From the NCBI RefSeq assembly GCF_036365525.1, contig NC_090380.1, positions 72,343,757 through 72,407,756 on the forward strand: a stretch of DNA of 64,000 nucleotides. The letters run 5' to 3'. The notes under the pieces were generated by a model, which ran no database searches, was not told where the DNA came from, and saw only the letters and a program-made list of their open reading frames with translations. The stretch is from Heterodontus francisci. Its lineage: Eukaryota. Of the stretch, positions 12,896 through 26,793 are shown one piece after another. Position numbers and translations under genes: made by a program. The first letter of the stretch is position 1. Each line of letters begins with the position of its first letter.

Positions 12896-15732
12896 GGGGC
12901 AACTTTATTCTGGTGGCGGGGGTCTTGACATCCGGAAAAAGCGACGCCGATATCTCCGATCTCCGGAAGATCCTTTGCATCTATCAATCATGCACTTAAG
13001 TGGAGAGTGGTGGGCCTTCCACAGGATCAAGGACCCCGTTGCTGGAAGTCCCGCCTTTGGAGTGCTGACCTCCGTGGTGGCGCTTGCAGCTGCCAGCCCA
13101 CCTACCAGAGGCCTAGGAGTGTTGCTGGACCCAGGCCACAGGTAGGTCAGGGTGGGAGGGGTCCATGGGGTTGGGGTGCGGGGCAGGGGGGGTCAGCAGC
13201 AAGGGCGGAGGATGACTGTCATCGGGTCCCCCCCTTCCCAGTGCTGGGGCCCTTGTTCAGGCACTGTGCCTTTTAACGAGGGACCCACCCCACCAAACCC
13301 CCAACACCCAGAACTGGGAAGCATCCCGCACGGTTTTCTGTGCCGTGCTTTCCATGCAGCAACAGGGCTGCATGAGTAACTGCAGCTACGGCGGGAAGAG
13401 GCCCTTATTTGGGGGTTGATTGTCCAGTTAAGGGCCTCAATTGGCAGTGGGGCAGTAAGACAGATCTGGCCAAAGTGGACTAGGAGCAGCTATTTGTAGG
13501 AAAGTCTACATCAGACCAGGGGGAGTCATTCAAAAAGGAAATAGTGGGGGTTCAGGGCCAACATGTTCCCATAAAAGTGAATGGTAAGACCAAAAAGTCC
13601 AGGGAACCCTGGATATGAAGGGACATAGAGAATTGGATAAGGAAAAAAGGAGACTTATGGTAGATGTAGAGGGCTGAAAACAGTGGAGGCCCTAGAGGAA
13701 TTTAGAAAGTGTAGGGGGGTACTTAAAAAAGTAATTAGGAGATCGAAGAGGGGACATAAGAAAACACTGGCAGACCAGATAAAGGAAAATCCTAAGGCAT
13801 TTTATAAGTATATTAAGGGCAAGAGGATAACCAGGAAAAGGGTAGGGTCCATTAAGGACCAAAGTGGCAATCTGTGTGTGGAGCCAGATGTAGGTGAGGT
13901 TTTAAATGATTATTTTTCATCTGTGTTCACTACGGAGAAGGATGATTTAGGTGTCAAGATCAGGGAGGGGGATTGTGATATACTTGAACACAATAGCATT
14001 GAAAAGGGAGGAGGTATTGGCAGTTTTAGCAGGCTTAAAAGCAGATAAATCCCCAGGCCCAGATGAGATGTATCCCAGGCTGTTATGTGAGGCAAGGGAA
14101 GAGATTGCAGGGGCTCTGACACAAATTTTCAAATCCTGTCTGGCCACAGGAGAAGTGCCAGAGGACTGAAGGACAGCGAATGTGGTACCATTATTCAGGA
14201 AGGGTAGTAGGGATAAACCAGGCCAGTGAATCTAACATCAGTGGTAGGGAAGCTATTGGAAAAAATTCTGAGGGACAGGATTAATCTCCACTTGGAGAGG
14301 CAGGGATTAATCAAGGATAGTCAGCATGGCTTTGTCAAGCAGAGATCATGTCTAACAAATTTGATTGAATTTTCCAAGGAGGTGACTGGATGTGTAGATG
14401 AGGGTAAAGCAGTTGATGTAGTCTACATGTACTTCAGTAAGGCTTTTGATAAGGTCCCACATGGGAAATTGGTCAAGAAGGTAAGAGCCCATGGGATCCA
14501 GGACAATTTGGCAGATTGGATCCAAAGTTGGCTTAGTGGCAGGAGGCAGAGGGTGATGGTCGAGGGTTGATTTTGTGATTGGAAGCCTGTGACCAGTGGT
14601 GTACCGCAGCAATCGATGCTGGGACCCTTGCTGTTTGTAGTGTGCATTAATGATTTGAATATAGGAGATATGATCAATAATGTCGCAGATGTCACGAAGA
14701 TTGGTGGTGTCATAAATTGTGAGGAGGAAAGTCTTAGATTACAGGATGATATAGATGGACTGGTAAGATGGGCAAAGCAGTGGCAAATGGAATTTAATCC
14801 TGACAAGTGTGAGGTGATGCATTTTGGGAGGACTAACAAGGCAAGGGGATATACAATGGATGGTAGGACCCTAGGAAGTGCAGACGGTCAGAGACTGAAG
14901 CCAGCAGCACAGGTAGATAAGGTGGTTAGGAAGGCATATGGGATACTTGCCTTTATTAGCTGAGGCATAGAATAGAAGAGCAGGGAGGTTATGCTGGAGC
15001 TGTATAAAATGCTAATTAGGCCACAGCTGGAGTACTGTGTACAGTTCTGGTTGCCACACTATAAGAAGGATGTGATTGCACCGGAGAGGGTGCAGAGGAT
15101 ATTCACCAGGATGTTACCTGAGCTGGAGCATTTCAGCTATGAAGAGAGACTGGATAGGCTAGTGTTGTTTTCCTTAGAGCAGAGAAGGCTGAGGGTGGAC
15201 CTGATTGAGGTATACAAAATTATGAGGGGCATAGATAGGGTAGATAGGAAGAAACGTTTTCCCTTAGCAGAGGTGTCAATAACCAGGGGGCATAGATTTA
15301 AGGTAAGGGGCAGGAGGTTTAGAGGGGATTTGAGGAAAAATCTTTTCACCCATAGGGTGGTTGGAATCTGGAACACACTGCCTGAGGGGTGGTAGAGGCA
15401 GGAACTCTCACAACATTTAAGAAGTATTTAGATGAGCACTTGAAACGCCATAGCATACAAGGCTACGGGCCAAGTGCTGGAAAATGGGATTCGAATAGAT
15501 AGGCTTGATGGCGGGCGGGAACATGGTGGGCCGAAGGGCCTGTTTCTGTGCTGTATAACTCTATAACTCTATAAGACCATTCACAGGCCTTCCCACCCCA
15601 GACTAAATTTTGGCAGAGGCGGAATGGTAGCAGGAACCCCCCCACCCGCCCCCACTCCCTGTCACCATCCAACCCAATTTTATGATCTCCCCGCCTCCAA
15701 ACCCACTGTGGTGGAGAGCATAAAATTCCCCC
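12896..15732 (+). mobile_element. PIF/Harbinger-like MITE (segments 12896-13460 and 15574-15732) interrupted by a CR1
   Basis: Imperfect TIRs GGGGCAACTTTA / TAAAATTCCCCC, 3-bp TSD AAA inside CR1-A; homologous to the intact copy at 55893-56602. Confidence 0.7.
13461..15573 (+). mobile_element. CR1 LINE 'B', 5'-truncated
   Basis: ORF fragments 13683-15395 with KSPGPD, QHGF, SKAFDKV and LEYCVQFW motifs; (ctataact)n tail. Confidence 0.9.
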
Positions 15733-15887
15733 AAAGTGTCTCCAAAGAGATGTAGATAGGTTACATGAGTGGGCAAAAATTTGCCAGATGGAGTATAATG
15801 TGGCAAAATGTGAGGTTGTCCATTTTGGCAGGAAGAATAGAAAAGCACAATATTATTTACAAAGAGAGAGACTGCAGAATGCTGCAG

Positions 15888-17379
15888 GCCTCGGGAGCCA
15901 AAGTTAGCCACGACAAGAGTGAGGCCATGTTCTTTATTAACTGGGCCGACCGATCCTTTGTCCCCTTCACTGTCAGGTCAGACTAACTGAAGGTGCTGGG
16001 GATATGGTTCGGAAGGGCTGGGGCATGCACCAGAACCAGGAAGGAGCGCGTAGCAAGGGTACACCATAAACTGAGCATGTGGGAGCAGTGATCTCTCTCC
16101 ATTGTGGGTAAGAACCTGGTCATCAGTTGCGAGGCGCTCACGTTGTTGCTGTTTGTGGCGCAAATCTGGCCCATACCCCACTCCTGCGCTGTGGCGGTCA
16201 CCTGAGCCATTTTCCGCTTTATCTGGAGATCCAAAATGGACCGGGTCAAGATGTTCAAACCTCTGGATAAGGGCGGGAAAATGTACCCAACGCCACCCGC
16301 ATCCTGATGACCACTTTCGTGTGCGGCTGCATCAAGCTGTGCGTAGATCCCCAGTATGCAAACTCCAAGTGTCACTACGTGCTGCGGTTCTATCTGTCCC
16401 CGGTGTTACGAAAGATGGGTCTGGTCACATTGCCGCGGAACACTCCAACCAGTTGGACCATGCCGTATCACCTATCCTTCATGGGATAGTTTCTGTGGGA
16501 GAACACCTTTGACCACCAATCCATCAGGCAGTGGTCCACACAGAATGTCCTCAAGGCCCTACGGAAAAAGATGGTGGATCTGGTTGGATGGTTCCCCGAG
16601 CTGACTGCCAAAGTCATTTGGCAGAATGCCTCATCACCAGAACTTTCAAACAAACACCAAGATGTAGCTTGGCTGGTGGTGAGAAGAGCCCTCCCTGTCA
16701 GATCCTTCCTGCATGCCCGGAGTCTTGTCCCCTCCACACTGCCCTCAAGGTGGCTGCGGTGGGGAAGAGACAGTTGCCCACCTCCTTCTGGAATGTGACT
16801 TTGTGAAGTAGGTGTGTAAAGAGATTCAGTGTTTTTTTTCGATGTTCATCCCAAGCAGCTCTGTAACACAGGAATCTGTGCTGTACGGGTTGTTCCCAGG
16901 GAAGCACACCGAGATAAACATCAACTGCAGCTGGAGGACCATCAATTCGGTGAAAGCGGCTCTTTGGTCTGCCCGAAACTCGTTGGTCTTCTAGCGCAAA
17001 GAGTTGTCCACAACCGAGTGTTGCAGACTGGCACATTCCAAGGTCCAGGACTACGTGCTGAGGGACACACGAAAGCTCAGGGCAGCCAATGCAAAGGCTC
17101 AATGGGGAAAGACTGCTGTGTAAGGTCCTCCCACCAAAGTGAACTGAGGGGCTGGACCCATGGGAAACCCCTTGGGCTGTATACACCAAATATGGTTTTG
17201 CTGTAAATTGTACATGGCAGGTAAAATGGAATGGAAGGGTTGTGAGGCAACTCACTCCTGTATTGAAGAAAACTGCTTTCCTTTGCACTTTTTGGAATGC
17301 CAACTTGGTGCTGTTTTGAACTCTTTTGTAATGTATTTTTTACAGATCTTTGTGAATAAAGTATATTTTGGGAAAAAAA
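15888..17379 (+). mobile_element. Tx1-like L1-clade LINE, 5'-truncated
   Basis: ASGAKV..KSEAMF, YLKVLGIWF-like and zf-RVT-like C-terminal motifs; AATAAA plus polyA; TSD GCTGCAG (15881-15887) / GCTGTAG (17380-17386). Confidence 0.85.
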
Positions 17380-19744
17380 GCTGTAGTACAGAGGGATCTG
17401 GGTGTCCTTGTACTAAAAGTCAATATGCAGATACAGCAAGTAATTAGGAAGGCAAATGGAATGTTGGCATTTATTGCAAGGGGGATGGAGTGTAAAAGTA
17501 GGGAGGTCTTGCTACAGCTGTACAGGGCATTGGTGAGAACGCACCTAGAGAACTTCATACAGCTTTGGTCTCCTTACTTAAGGAGTGACATACTTGCATT
17601 AGAAGCAGTTCAGAGACTGTTCACTAGGCTGATTCCTGGGATGAAGGGGTTGTCCTCTAAGGAAAGGTTGAGCAGGTTGGGCCTGTACCCATTGGAGTTT
17701 TGAAGAATGAGTGGTGATCTTATTGAAACATATAAAATTTTGAGGGGGCTTGACAGGACTGATACTGAGAGGATGTTTCCCTTCATGGGGGAATCTAGAA
17801 CTGGGGGCACAGTTTTAAAATAAGGGGTCTCCCTTTTAAGATGGAAATGAGGAGGAATTTCTTCTCTCAGAGGGTCGTTAATTTTCAGAATTCTGTACCC
17901 CAGAGAGCTGTGGAGGCTGGAGCATTGAATATATTCGCTGAGTTTTTGACCTACAAGGGAGTCAAGGGTTATGGGGGGGGAGGGTGGGGGGGCAAGCAGG
18001 AAAATGAAGTTAAGACCATAATCAGATCAGCTACGATCGTATTAAATGGCGGAACAGGCTTGAGGGGCTGAATGGCCAACTCTGGCTCCTATTTCTTATG
18101 TTCTTTTGCCCCATTTCTAGCTGTTTTTTTTCCCAGATGGGTTTCACTGATTTGTACCGATTGCAACAGAACACTGTTTTCCACTAAATACTGTTTGCCA
18201 GTAATTTGCTATTCTATTTTCCATTTCATTAACACAACTTTTTTATAGCTCCATCTACTCCTTGGTAATCTCTATCATGACACCCTGCCAAGAGAGTTGT
18301 TTTAGTAAAGAGCATTTTTGATCGACTATCTCATTGTTGATAGAGAAAAAATGTTCAAACAAATCCCACTCGTACTACTTTCATAGAAAATAGTTCTATT
18401 TTATTTTGTGTTGAAATCGGCAGAGTAACAGACTGTTCACCTCCTGCTTATCCTTGTAGGTTATTTGCTAATTGATAATTATTAAAGATACATTCTATTA
18501 AATCCCCAGGGCAGCTGAATAAATGAGTATTAGATGATATGAAAACGATGTTGCAATTAATTGTGATGAGTAATTTTAGTTTCTGAGTTAACACATTTTG
18601 TGTACACGGAGAGATCCATTACTGATGTTGGTTTTAAGTACGTGTAGCACAGCAGGAGAAGATTTTCTATTAGTCTGTCTGGCTGTTCCATGCACATCCT
18701 TGTCTGTAAACTAAATATTCTGCCTTTGTGTTCATAGAACGCTTGTTCCAGTTTCCAACCTAGCAGCAGGCCACCCTCTTCAGCATGCAGTGACTGTGTT
18801 GTTAGCACTGTGAAAGATTAGTTAGTGGGGGAGGGGTGGGATTTTTGTAACGTCCTAAGCAAAATGATTACATCTCAACAATCTCTGTTATTGTAGATGA
18901 ATTAATCACGCAAATAGATGTAAATGGGTATGATATAGTCGGGATTATGTAGACATGGCTGCAAGGTGACCATGGATGGGAAATGAACATCCAGGGCTAT
19001 TTAGTATTTAGAAAGGACAGACAAAAAGCAAAAGGCAGTGGAGTTGCATTGCTGGTTAAAGAGGAAATTAACGCAATAGTGAAGAAGGATATTAGCTCTG
19101 ACGATGTGGAATCTGTCTGGGTAGAGCTGAGAAACACTAAGGGGCAAAAAACGCGAGTGGGGGTTGTATATAGACCCCCAAACTGTAGTGGTGTTGTTGG
19201 GAATGGTATTAAACAGGAAATTAGAGACGCATGCGATAAAGGAACACCTATAATTATGGCTGACTTTAATCTGCATATAGATTGGGAAAATCAAATTAGT
19301 CACAATACCGTAGAGGAGGAATTCTTGGAGTGTATACGGGATGGTTTTCTGGGCCAAAACGTTGAGGAACCAACAAGAGAACAGGCCATCCTAGACTGGG
19401 TATTGTGTAATGAGAGAGGAATAATTGACAATCTAGTTGTGCGAGACCCCTTGGGGATGAGCAACCATAATATGATAGAATTCTTTATCAAGATGGAGAG
19501 TGATGTAGTTGATTCTGAGACGAGGGTCCTGAATCTTAGTAAAGGAAACTACGAAGGTATGAGGCGCGAGTTGGCTATGACGAATTGGGAAACGTTACTG
19601 AAAGGGATGACGGTGGAAATGCAATGGCAAACATTCAAAGAGCGCATGGATAAACTGCAACAATTGTTTATCCCTGTCTGGTGCAAAAGTGAAACGGGAA
19701 AGGTAGCCAAACCATGACTTACAAGTGAAATTAGAGATAGCATT

Positions 19745-22550
19745 GGAATTGTGATATAGTAGCCATCACAGAGACATGGTTGATGGAGGGACAGGATTGG
19801 CAGCTCAATATCCCGGGATATAGAATCTTCCGGCGAGACAGAGGAGGGCGTAAAAGAGGAGGGGGCATTGCAATATTAGTTAAGAAGTCAGTTACTGCAG
19901 AAAGGAGAGATGATATCTTGGAGGGGGCATCAAATGAAGCTTTATGGGTAGAGTTTAGGAATAAAAAAGGGACAGCCATATTGCTAGTTGTTTATTATAG
20001 ACCCTCAGATAGTCAGCGGGAAATTGACGAGCAAATATGTGCGCAATTTGCAGAGGTGTATAAAAATAATAGGATAATTATATTAGGTGATTTCAACTTT
20101 CCCAATATTAATTGGGATAGTCATCGTGTTAAGGGCTTAGATGGAGTGGAGTTCTTAAAATGTATACAGGAGAACTTTTTAGCTCAATATGTAGAGGATT
20201 CAACAAGGGAGGGTGCAGTGCTGGACCTAATTCTGGAGAATGAAGCCGGACAGGTGGTTGATGTGTTGGTGGGGGTGCTCTTAGGTGATAGCGACCTCAA
20301 CATGGTACAATTTAAGCTTGTTATGGAGAAAGAAATAGACATGTTGCAAAAAAAGGTTTTGGATTGGGGGAGAGCGAACTTCAGTAAAATAAGGCAGGAT
20401 CTGGCCAAGGTAGACTGGAAAGAGTTACTTGTCGGGAAATCTACAGAAGAGCAGTGGGGGGCATTCAAAAAGGAAATGGGGAGGGTACAGGCCCAATATG
20501 TTCCCTCTCGGGTAATAGGTAGGAGTAACAAGCCCAGATAACCATGGATGACCAGAAACATTCAGGGTATGATAAGAAGGAAAAGAGAGGCTTTTAGCAA
20601 ATACAAGGAGATTAAATCAATGGAAGCATTAGTGGAGTACAGAAAGTGTAGGATGGAGCTTAAGAAAGCAATTAGGAGAGCAAAGAGGGGATATGAGAAA
20701 GCTCTGGCTGGTAAAAGTAGGGAAAATCCCAAGATATTCTTTAAGTATATCAATGGGAAGAGGATAACCGGGGAAAGAGTCGGACCCATTAGGGACCAAG
20801 GGGGAAATCTGTGGGTGGAGCCAGAGGACATTGGTAGGGTGTTGAACGAATACTTCACATCTGTCTTCACCCAAGAGAATGAGGATGTAGATATGGAACT
20901 TAGAGAGAGACTGTGAGGTTCTTGAGCAAATTGTCATAGGGAGTGACAAGGTATTGGAGGTTTTGGAAGGCTTAAAAGTGGACAAATCACCAGGTCCCGA
21001 CAATTTGTGTCCCAGGATGCTGTGGGAGGCAAGGGTGGAGATTGCAGGGGCTCTGACCCTAATTTTTAATTCCTCTCTGGCCACGGGAGAGGTGTCAGAA
21101 GACTGGAGAACAGCTAATGTGATCCCACTATTTAACAAAGGTTGTAGAGATAAGCCAGGGAACTACAGACCAGCGAGTCTCACGTCAGTGGTAGGGAAAC
21201 TATTGGAGAAAGTTCTGAAGGAGAGAATCTATCACCACTTGGAGAGACAAAATTTGATTAGTAATATTCAGCATGGCTTTGTCAGAGGCAGGTCATGCCT
21301 AACAAATTTGATTGAATTTTTTGAGCATGTGACCAGGTGTGTAGATGAGGGTAGTGCAGTTGATGTAGTTTACATGGATTTCAGCAAAGCCTTTGACAAG
21401 GTCCCACATGGGAGATTTATCAAGAAAGCAAATGCACATGGGATACAAGGTAACTTGATAAGGTGGATTCAAAATTGGCTTAGCTGTAGGAGACAGAGAG
21501 TGATGACAGACGGCTGTTTTAGTGACTGAAAGCCAGTGTCCAGTGGCGTACCACAGGGATCTGTGCTGGGTCCCCTATTGTTTGTCATTTATATAAACGA
21601 CATAGATGACTATGTGGGCGGTAGGATCAGTAAGTTTGCGGATGACTCAAAGATTCGCCGAGTGTTTAACAGTGAGGTGGAGTGTCTTAGGTTATAGGAA
21701 GATATAGGATGGTTAGATGGGCAGAAAAGTGGCAGATGGAATTTAACGCTGAAAAGTGTGAGGTGATACACTTTGGAAGGAGTAATGTGACACGGAAGTA
21801 TTCAATGAATGGCCTGACACTGGGAAGTTCCGAGGAACAAAGGGACCTTGGCGTGTTTGTCCATATATTTCTGAAGGCAGAAGGGCAGGTTAATAGGGTG
21901 GTGAAAAAGGCATATGGGACACTTGCCTTTATCAATCGAGGCATAGATTACAAAAGCAGGGAGGTCATGTTGGAGTTGTACAGAACTTTGGTAAGGCCAC
22001 AGCTGGAGTACTGTGTGCAATTCTGGTCGCCACATTATAGGAAGGATGTGATTGCATTGGAGGGGGTGCAGAGGCGATTCACCAGGTTGTTGCCTGGGAT
22101 GGAACATTTAAGCTATGAAGAGAGGTTGGATAGGCTTGGGTTGTTATCGCTGGAGCAGAGAAGACTGAGGGGTGGCCTGATCGAGGTGTACAAGATTATG
22201 AGGGGCATGGACAGGGTGGATAGGGAGCAGCTGTTCCCCTCAGTTGAAGGGTCAATTACGAGGGGTCACAAGTTTAAAGTGAGGGGCGGGAGGTTTAAGG
22301 GGGATTTGAGGAAGAACTTTTTTACCCAGAGGGTGGTGACGGTCTGGAATGCACTGCCTGGGAGGGTGGTAGAGGCGGGTTGCCTCACATCCTTTAAAAA
22401 GTACCGGGATGAGCACTTGGCACGTCATAACATTCAAGGCTATGGGCCAAGTGCTGGCAAATGGGATTAGGTAGACAGGTCAGGTGTCTCTAATGCATTG
22501 GTGCAGACTCGATGGAACGAAGGACCTCTCCTGCACTGTATTATTCTGTG
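19745..22550 (+). mobile_element. CR1 LINE 'D', near-complete ORF2 (APE endonuclease + RT) with few lesions
   Basis: ORFs 19780-20541, 20548-20916, 20954-21529 and 21709-22470; short ATT duplication at the junctions. Confidence 0.9.
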
Positions 22551-22918
22551 ATTAGATCCAAGGAAGAGGCATATAAATTTGCCAGGAAAAACAACAGACC
22601 TGAGGATTGGGAGCAGTTTAGAATTCAACAAAGGAGGACCAAGGGATTGATTAAGAAGGGGAAAATAGAGTACGAGAGCAAGCTTGCAGGGAACATAAAA
22701 ACTGACTGTAAATGTTTCTATAGGTATGTGAAGAGAAAAAGATTGGTGAAGACAATTGGTGTAGGCCCCTACAGTCAGAAACAGGGGATTTTATTATGGG
22801 GAACAAAGAAATAGTTGACCAACTAAATGCATACTTTGGTTCTGTCTTCACAAAGGAGGACACAAATATCATACCAGAAATTGGGCTTAGTGAGAGAGAG
22901 GAACTGAAGGAAATCAGT

Positions 22919-23228
22919 TGGGGTGGCACAGTGGTGCAGTTAGCACCACAGCTCCAGCGACCCGGGTTCAATTCTGGGTACTGCTTGTGCGGCGTTTGCA
23001 AGTTCTCCCTGTGACCGCGTGGGTTTCGGCTGGGTGCTCCGGTTTCCTCCCACAGCCAAAGACTTGCAGGTTGATGGGTAAATTGGCCATTATAAATTGC
23101 TCCGAGTGTAGGTAGGTGGTAGGATAATTGGGGGAAGGTGGGGATGTGGTAGGGAATTAATGTAGGATTAGTATAAATCGGTGGGCCAAAGGGCCTGTTT
23201 CAGTGCTGTATCACTCTATGATCTATGA
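22919..23228 (+). mobile_element. HE1-like V-SINE
   Basis: Homologous to 5665-5998; interrupts CR1-C. Confidence 0.85.
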
Positions 23229-23370
23229 TATTAGTAGAGAAATTGATGGGATTAAAGGCTGATAGATCTCCAGGGCCTGATGGTATGCATCCCAGAGTAC
23301 TTAAGGAAGTGGCCTTAGAAATAGTGGATGCATCGGTGGTCATCTTCCAAGATTCTATCGACTCTGGAAC

Positions 23371-26300
23371 AAAGAACAAGAACAAAGAACAGTACAGCAC
23401 AGGAACAGGCCATTCGGCCCTCCAAGCCTGCGCCGATCTTGATGCCTGCCTAAACTAAAACCTTCTGCACTTCCGGGACCGTATCCCTCTATTCCCATCC
23501 TATTCATGTATTTGTCAAGATGCCTCTGAAACGTCATTATCGTACCTGCTTCCACCACCTCCCTCGGCAGCAAGTTCCAGGCATTCACCACCCTCTGTGT
23601 AAAGAACTTGCCTCGCACATCCCCTCTAAACTTTGCCACTCTCACCTTAAACCTATGTCCCCTAGTAACTGACTCTTCCACCCTGGGAAAAAGCTTCTGA
23701 CTATCCACTTTGTCCATGCCGCTCATAACTTTGTAAAACTCTATCATGTCACCCCTCCACCTCCGTCGTTCCAGTGAAAACAATCTGAGTTTATCCAACC
23801 TCTCCTCATAGCTAATGCCCTCCAGACCAGGCAACATCCTGGTAAACCTCTTCTGTACCCTCTCCAAAGCCTCCACGTCCTTTTGGTAGGGTGGCGACCA
23901 GAATTGCACGCAATATTCTAAGTGTGGCCGAACTAAGGTTCTGTGCAGCTGCAACATGACTTGCCTACTTGTATACTCTATGCCCTGACCGATGAAGGCA
24001 AGCATGCCGTATGCCTTCTTGACTACCTTATCCGCCTGCGTTGCCACTTTCAGTGACCTGTGGACCTGTACGTCCAGATCTCTCTGCCTGTCAATACTCC
24101 AAAGTGTTCTGCCATTTACTGTATACTTCCCACCTGTATTAGATGTATTAGATCAATGTTCAGCACCATTCGCGACTCCTCAGATACTGAAGCAGTCTGT
24201 GTAGAAATGTAGCAAGACCCGGCAAGTAACATTCGCGCCACACAAGTGCCAGGCAATGACCATCTCCAACAAGAGAGAATGTAACCATTTCCCCTTGACA
24301 TTCAACGGCATTACCATCGCTGAATCCCCCACTATCAACATCCTAGGGGCTACCATTGACCGAAAACTGAACTGGAGTAGCCATATAAATACCGTGGCTA
24401 CAAGAGGTCAGAGGCTAGGAATCCTGAAGCGAGTAGCTCACCTCCTGACTCCCCAAAGCCTGTCCACAATCTACAAGGCACAAGTCAGGAGTGTGATGGA
24501 ATACTCTCCACTTGCCTGGATGGGTGCAGCTCCAACAACACTCAAGAAGCTCGACACCATCCAGGACAAAGCAGCCCGCTTGATTGGCACCCCATCCATA
24601 AACATTCACTCTCTCCACCACCGACAGTGGCAGCAGTGTGTACCATCTACAAGATGTACTGCAGCAATGCACCAAGGCTCCTTAGACAGCACCTTCCAAA
24701 CCCGCGACCTCTGCCAACTAGAAGGACAAGGGCAGCAAATACATGGGAACACCACCATCTGCAAGTTCCCCTCCAAGTCACACACCATCCTGACTTGGAA
24801 CTACATCGCCGTTCCTTCACTGTTGCTGGGTCAAAATCCTGGAACTCCCTTCCTAACAGCACTGTGGGTGTCCCTACCCCACATGGACTGCAGCGGTTCA
24901 AGAAGGCAGCTCACCACCACCCTCTCAAGGGTAATTAGGGATGGGCAATAAATGCTGGCCTGGCCAGCGACGCCCACATCCCGTGAATAAATAAAAAAAA
25001 AAGATCTTCCAAAATGTATTACCTCACATTTGTCTGGATTAAACTCCATCTGCCATTTCTCCACCCAAGTCTCCAACCGATCTATATCCTGCTGTATCCT
25101 CTGACAATCCTCATCACTATCCGCAACTCCACCAACCTTTGTGTCATCCGCAAACTTACTAATCAGACCAGCTACATTTTCCTCCAAGTCATTTATATAT
25201 ACTACAAAGAGCAAAGGTCCCAGCACTGATCCTTGCGGAACACCACTAGTCACATCCCTCCATTCAGAAAAGCACCCTTCCACTGCTACCCTCTGTCTTC
25301 TGTGACAGAGCCAGTTCTGTATCCATCTTGCCAGCTCACCTCTGATCCCGTGTGACTTCACCTTTTGTACCAGTCTGCCATGAAGGACCTTGTCAAAGAC
25401 TTTACTGAAGTCCATATAGATAACATCCACTGCCCTTCCTTCATCAATCATCTTCGTTAGTTCCTCAAAAAACTCAATCAAATTAGTGAGACACGACCTC
25501 CCTTCACAAAACCATGCTGCCTCTCGCTAATCAGTTTGTTTGTTTCCAAATGGGAGTAAATCCTGTCCCGAATAATCCTCTCTAATAATTTCCCTACCAC
25601 TGATGTAAGGCTCAACGGCCTATAATTTCCTGGATTATCCTTGCTACTCTTCTTAAACAAAGGAACAACATTGGCCATTCTCCAGTCCTCTGGGACCTCA
25701 CCTGTAGCCAATGAGGATGCAAAGATTTCTGTCAAGGCCCCAGCAATTTCTTCCCTTGCCTCCCTTAGTATTCTGGGGTGGATCCCATCAGGCCCTGGGG
25801 ACTTATCTACCTTAATGCTTTGCAAGACACCCAACACCTCCTCCTTTTTGATAATGAGATGACTGAGACTATCTACACTCCCTTCCCTCGGCTCATCATC
25901 CACCAAGTCCTCTTTGGTGAATACTGATGCAAAGTACTCATTTAGTACCTCACCCATTTCCTCTGGCTCCACATGTAGATTCCCTTCTCTGTCCTTGAGC
26001 GGGCCAACCCTTTCCCTGGTTACCCTCTTGCTCTTTATATATGTATAAAAAGCCTTGGGATTATCCTTAATCCTGTTTGCCAATGACTTTTCATGACCCC
26101 TTTTAGCCCTCTTGACTCCTTGCTTAAGTTCCTTTCTACTGTCTTTATATTCCTCAAGGGATTCGTCTGTTCCGAGCCTTCCAGCCCTTATGAATGCTTC
26201 CTTTTTCTTTTTGACTGGGCTCACAATATCCCGCGTTATCCAAGCTTCCTGAAACTTGCCAAACTTATCCTTCTGCCTCACAGGAACATGCTGGTCCTGG

Positions 26301-26793
26301 ATTCTAATCAACTGACATTTGAAAGACTCCCACATGTCAGATGTTGATTTACCCTCAAACAGCCGCCCCCAATCTAAATTCTTCAGTTCCTGCCTAATAT
26401 TGTTATAATTAGCCTTCCCCCAATTTAGCACCTTCACCCGAGGACTACTCTTATCCTTATCCACAAGTACCTTAAAACTTATGGAATTATGGTCACTGCT
26501 CCAGAAATGCTCCCCTACTGAAACTTTGACCACCTGGCCGGGCTCATTCCCCAATACCAGGTCCAGTACGGCCCCATCCCTAGTTGGACTATCTACATAT
26601 TGTTTCAAGAAGCCCTCCTGGATGCTCCTTACAAATTCTGCCCCATCTAAGCCCCTAGCACTAAGTGAGTCCCAGTCAATATAGGGGAAGTTAAAATCAC
26701 CCCCCACGACAACCCTGTTACCGTTACATCTTTCCAAAATCTGTCTACATATCTGCTCCTCTACCTCCCACTGGCTGTTGGGAGGCCTGTTGA
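23371..26793 (-). mobile_element. CR1 LINE 'E' (antisense, 5'-truncated)
   Basis: ORFs 25478-26737, 24831-25481 (FADDTK) and 23355-24047; (ttcttg)n tail at the left end; AACA duplication. Confidence 0.9.
24150..25001 (+). mobile_element. Second CR1/L2-group LINE family, 3' fragment
   Basis: INILG.TID.KLNW.SHI, IYKAQVRSVMEYSPLAW; polyA tail; AGATC duplication within CR1-E; same family as 38065-39130. Confidence 0.75.

Larger units (their letters stand above)
11650..18105 (+). mobile_element. CR1 LINE 'A' (degenerate ORF2), split by a nested MITE/CR1 and a Tx1 insertion
   Basis: Segments ~11650-12895, 15733-15887 and 17380-18105 are collinear (QHGFMKGK.CLTNLLEFF; PQGSVL; EEDAK|CLQRD; QRDLGV; 3' tail cctatttcttatgttc). 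Confidence 0.85.
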
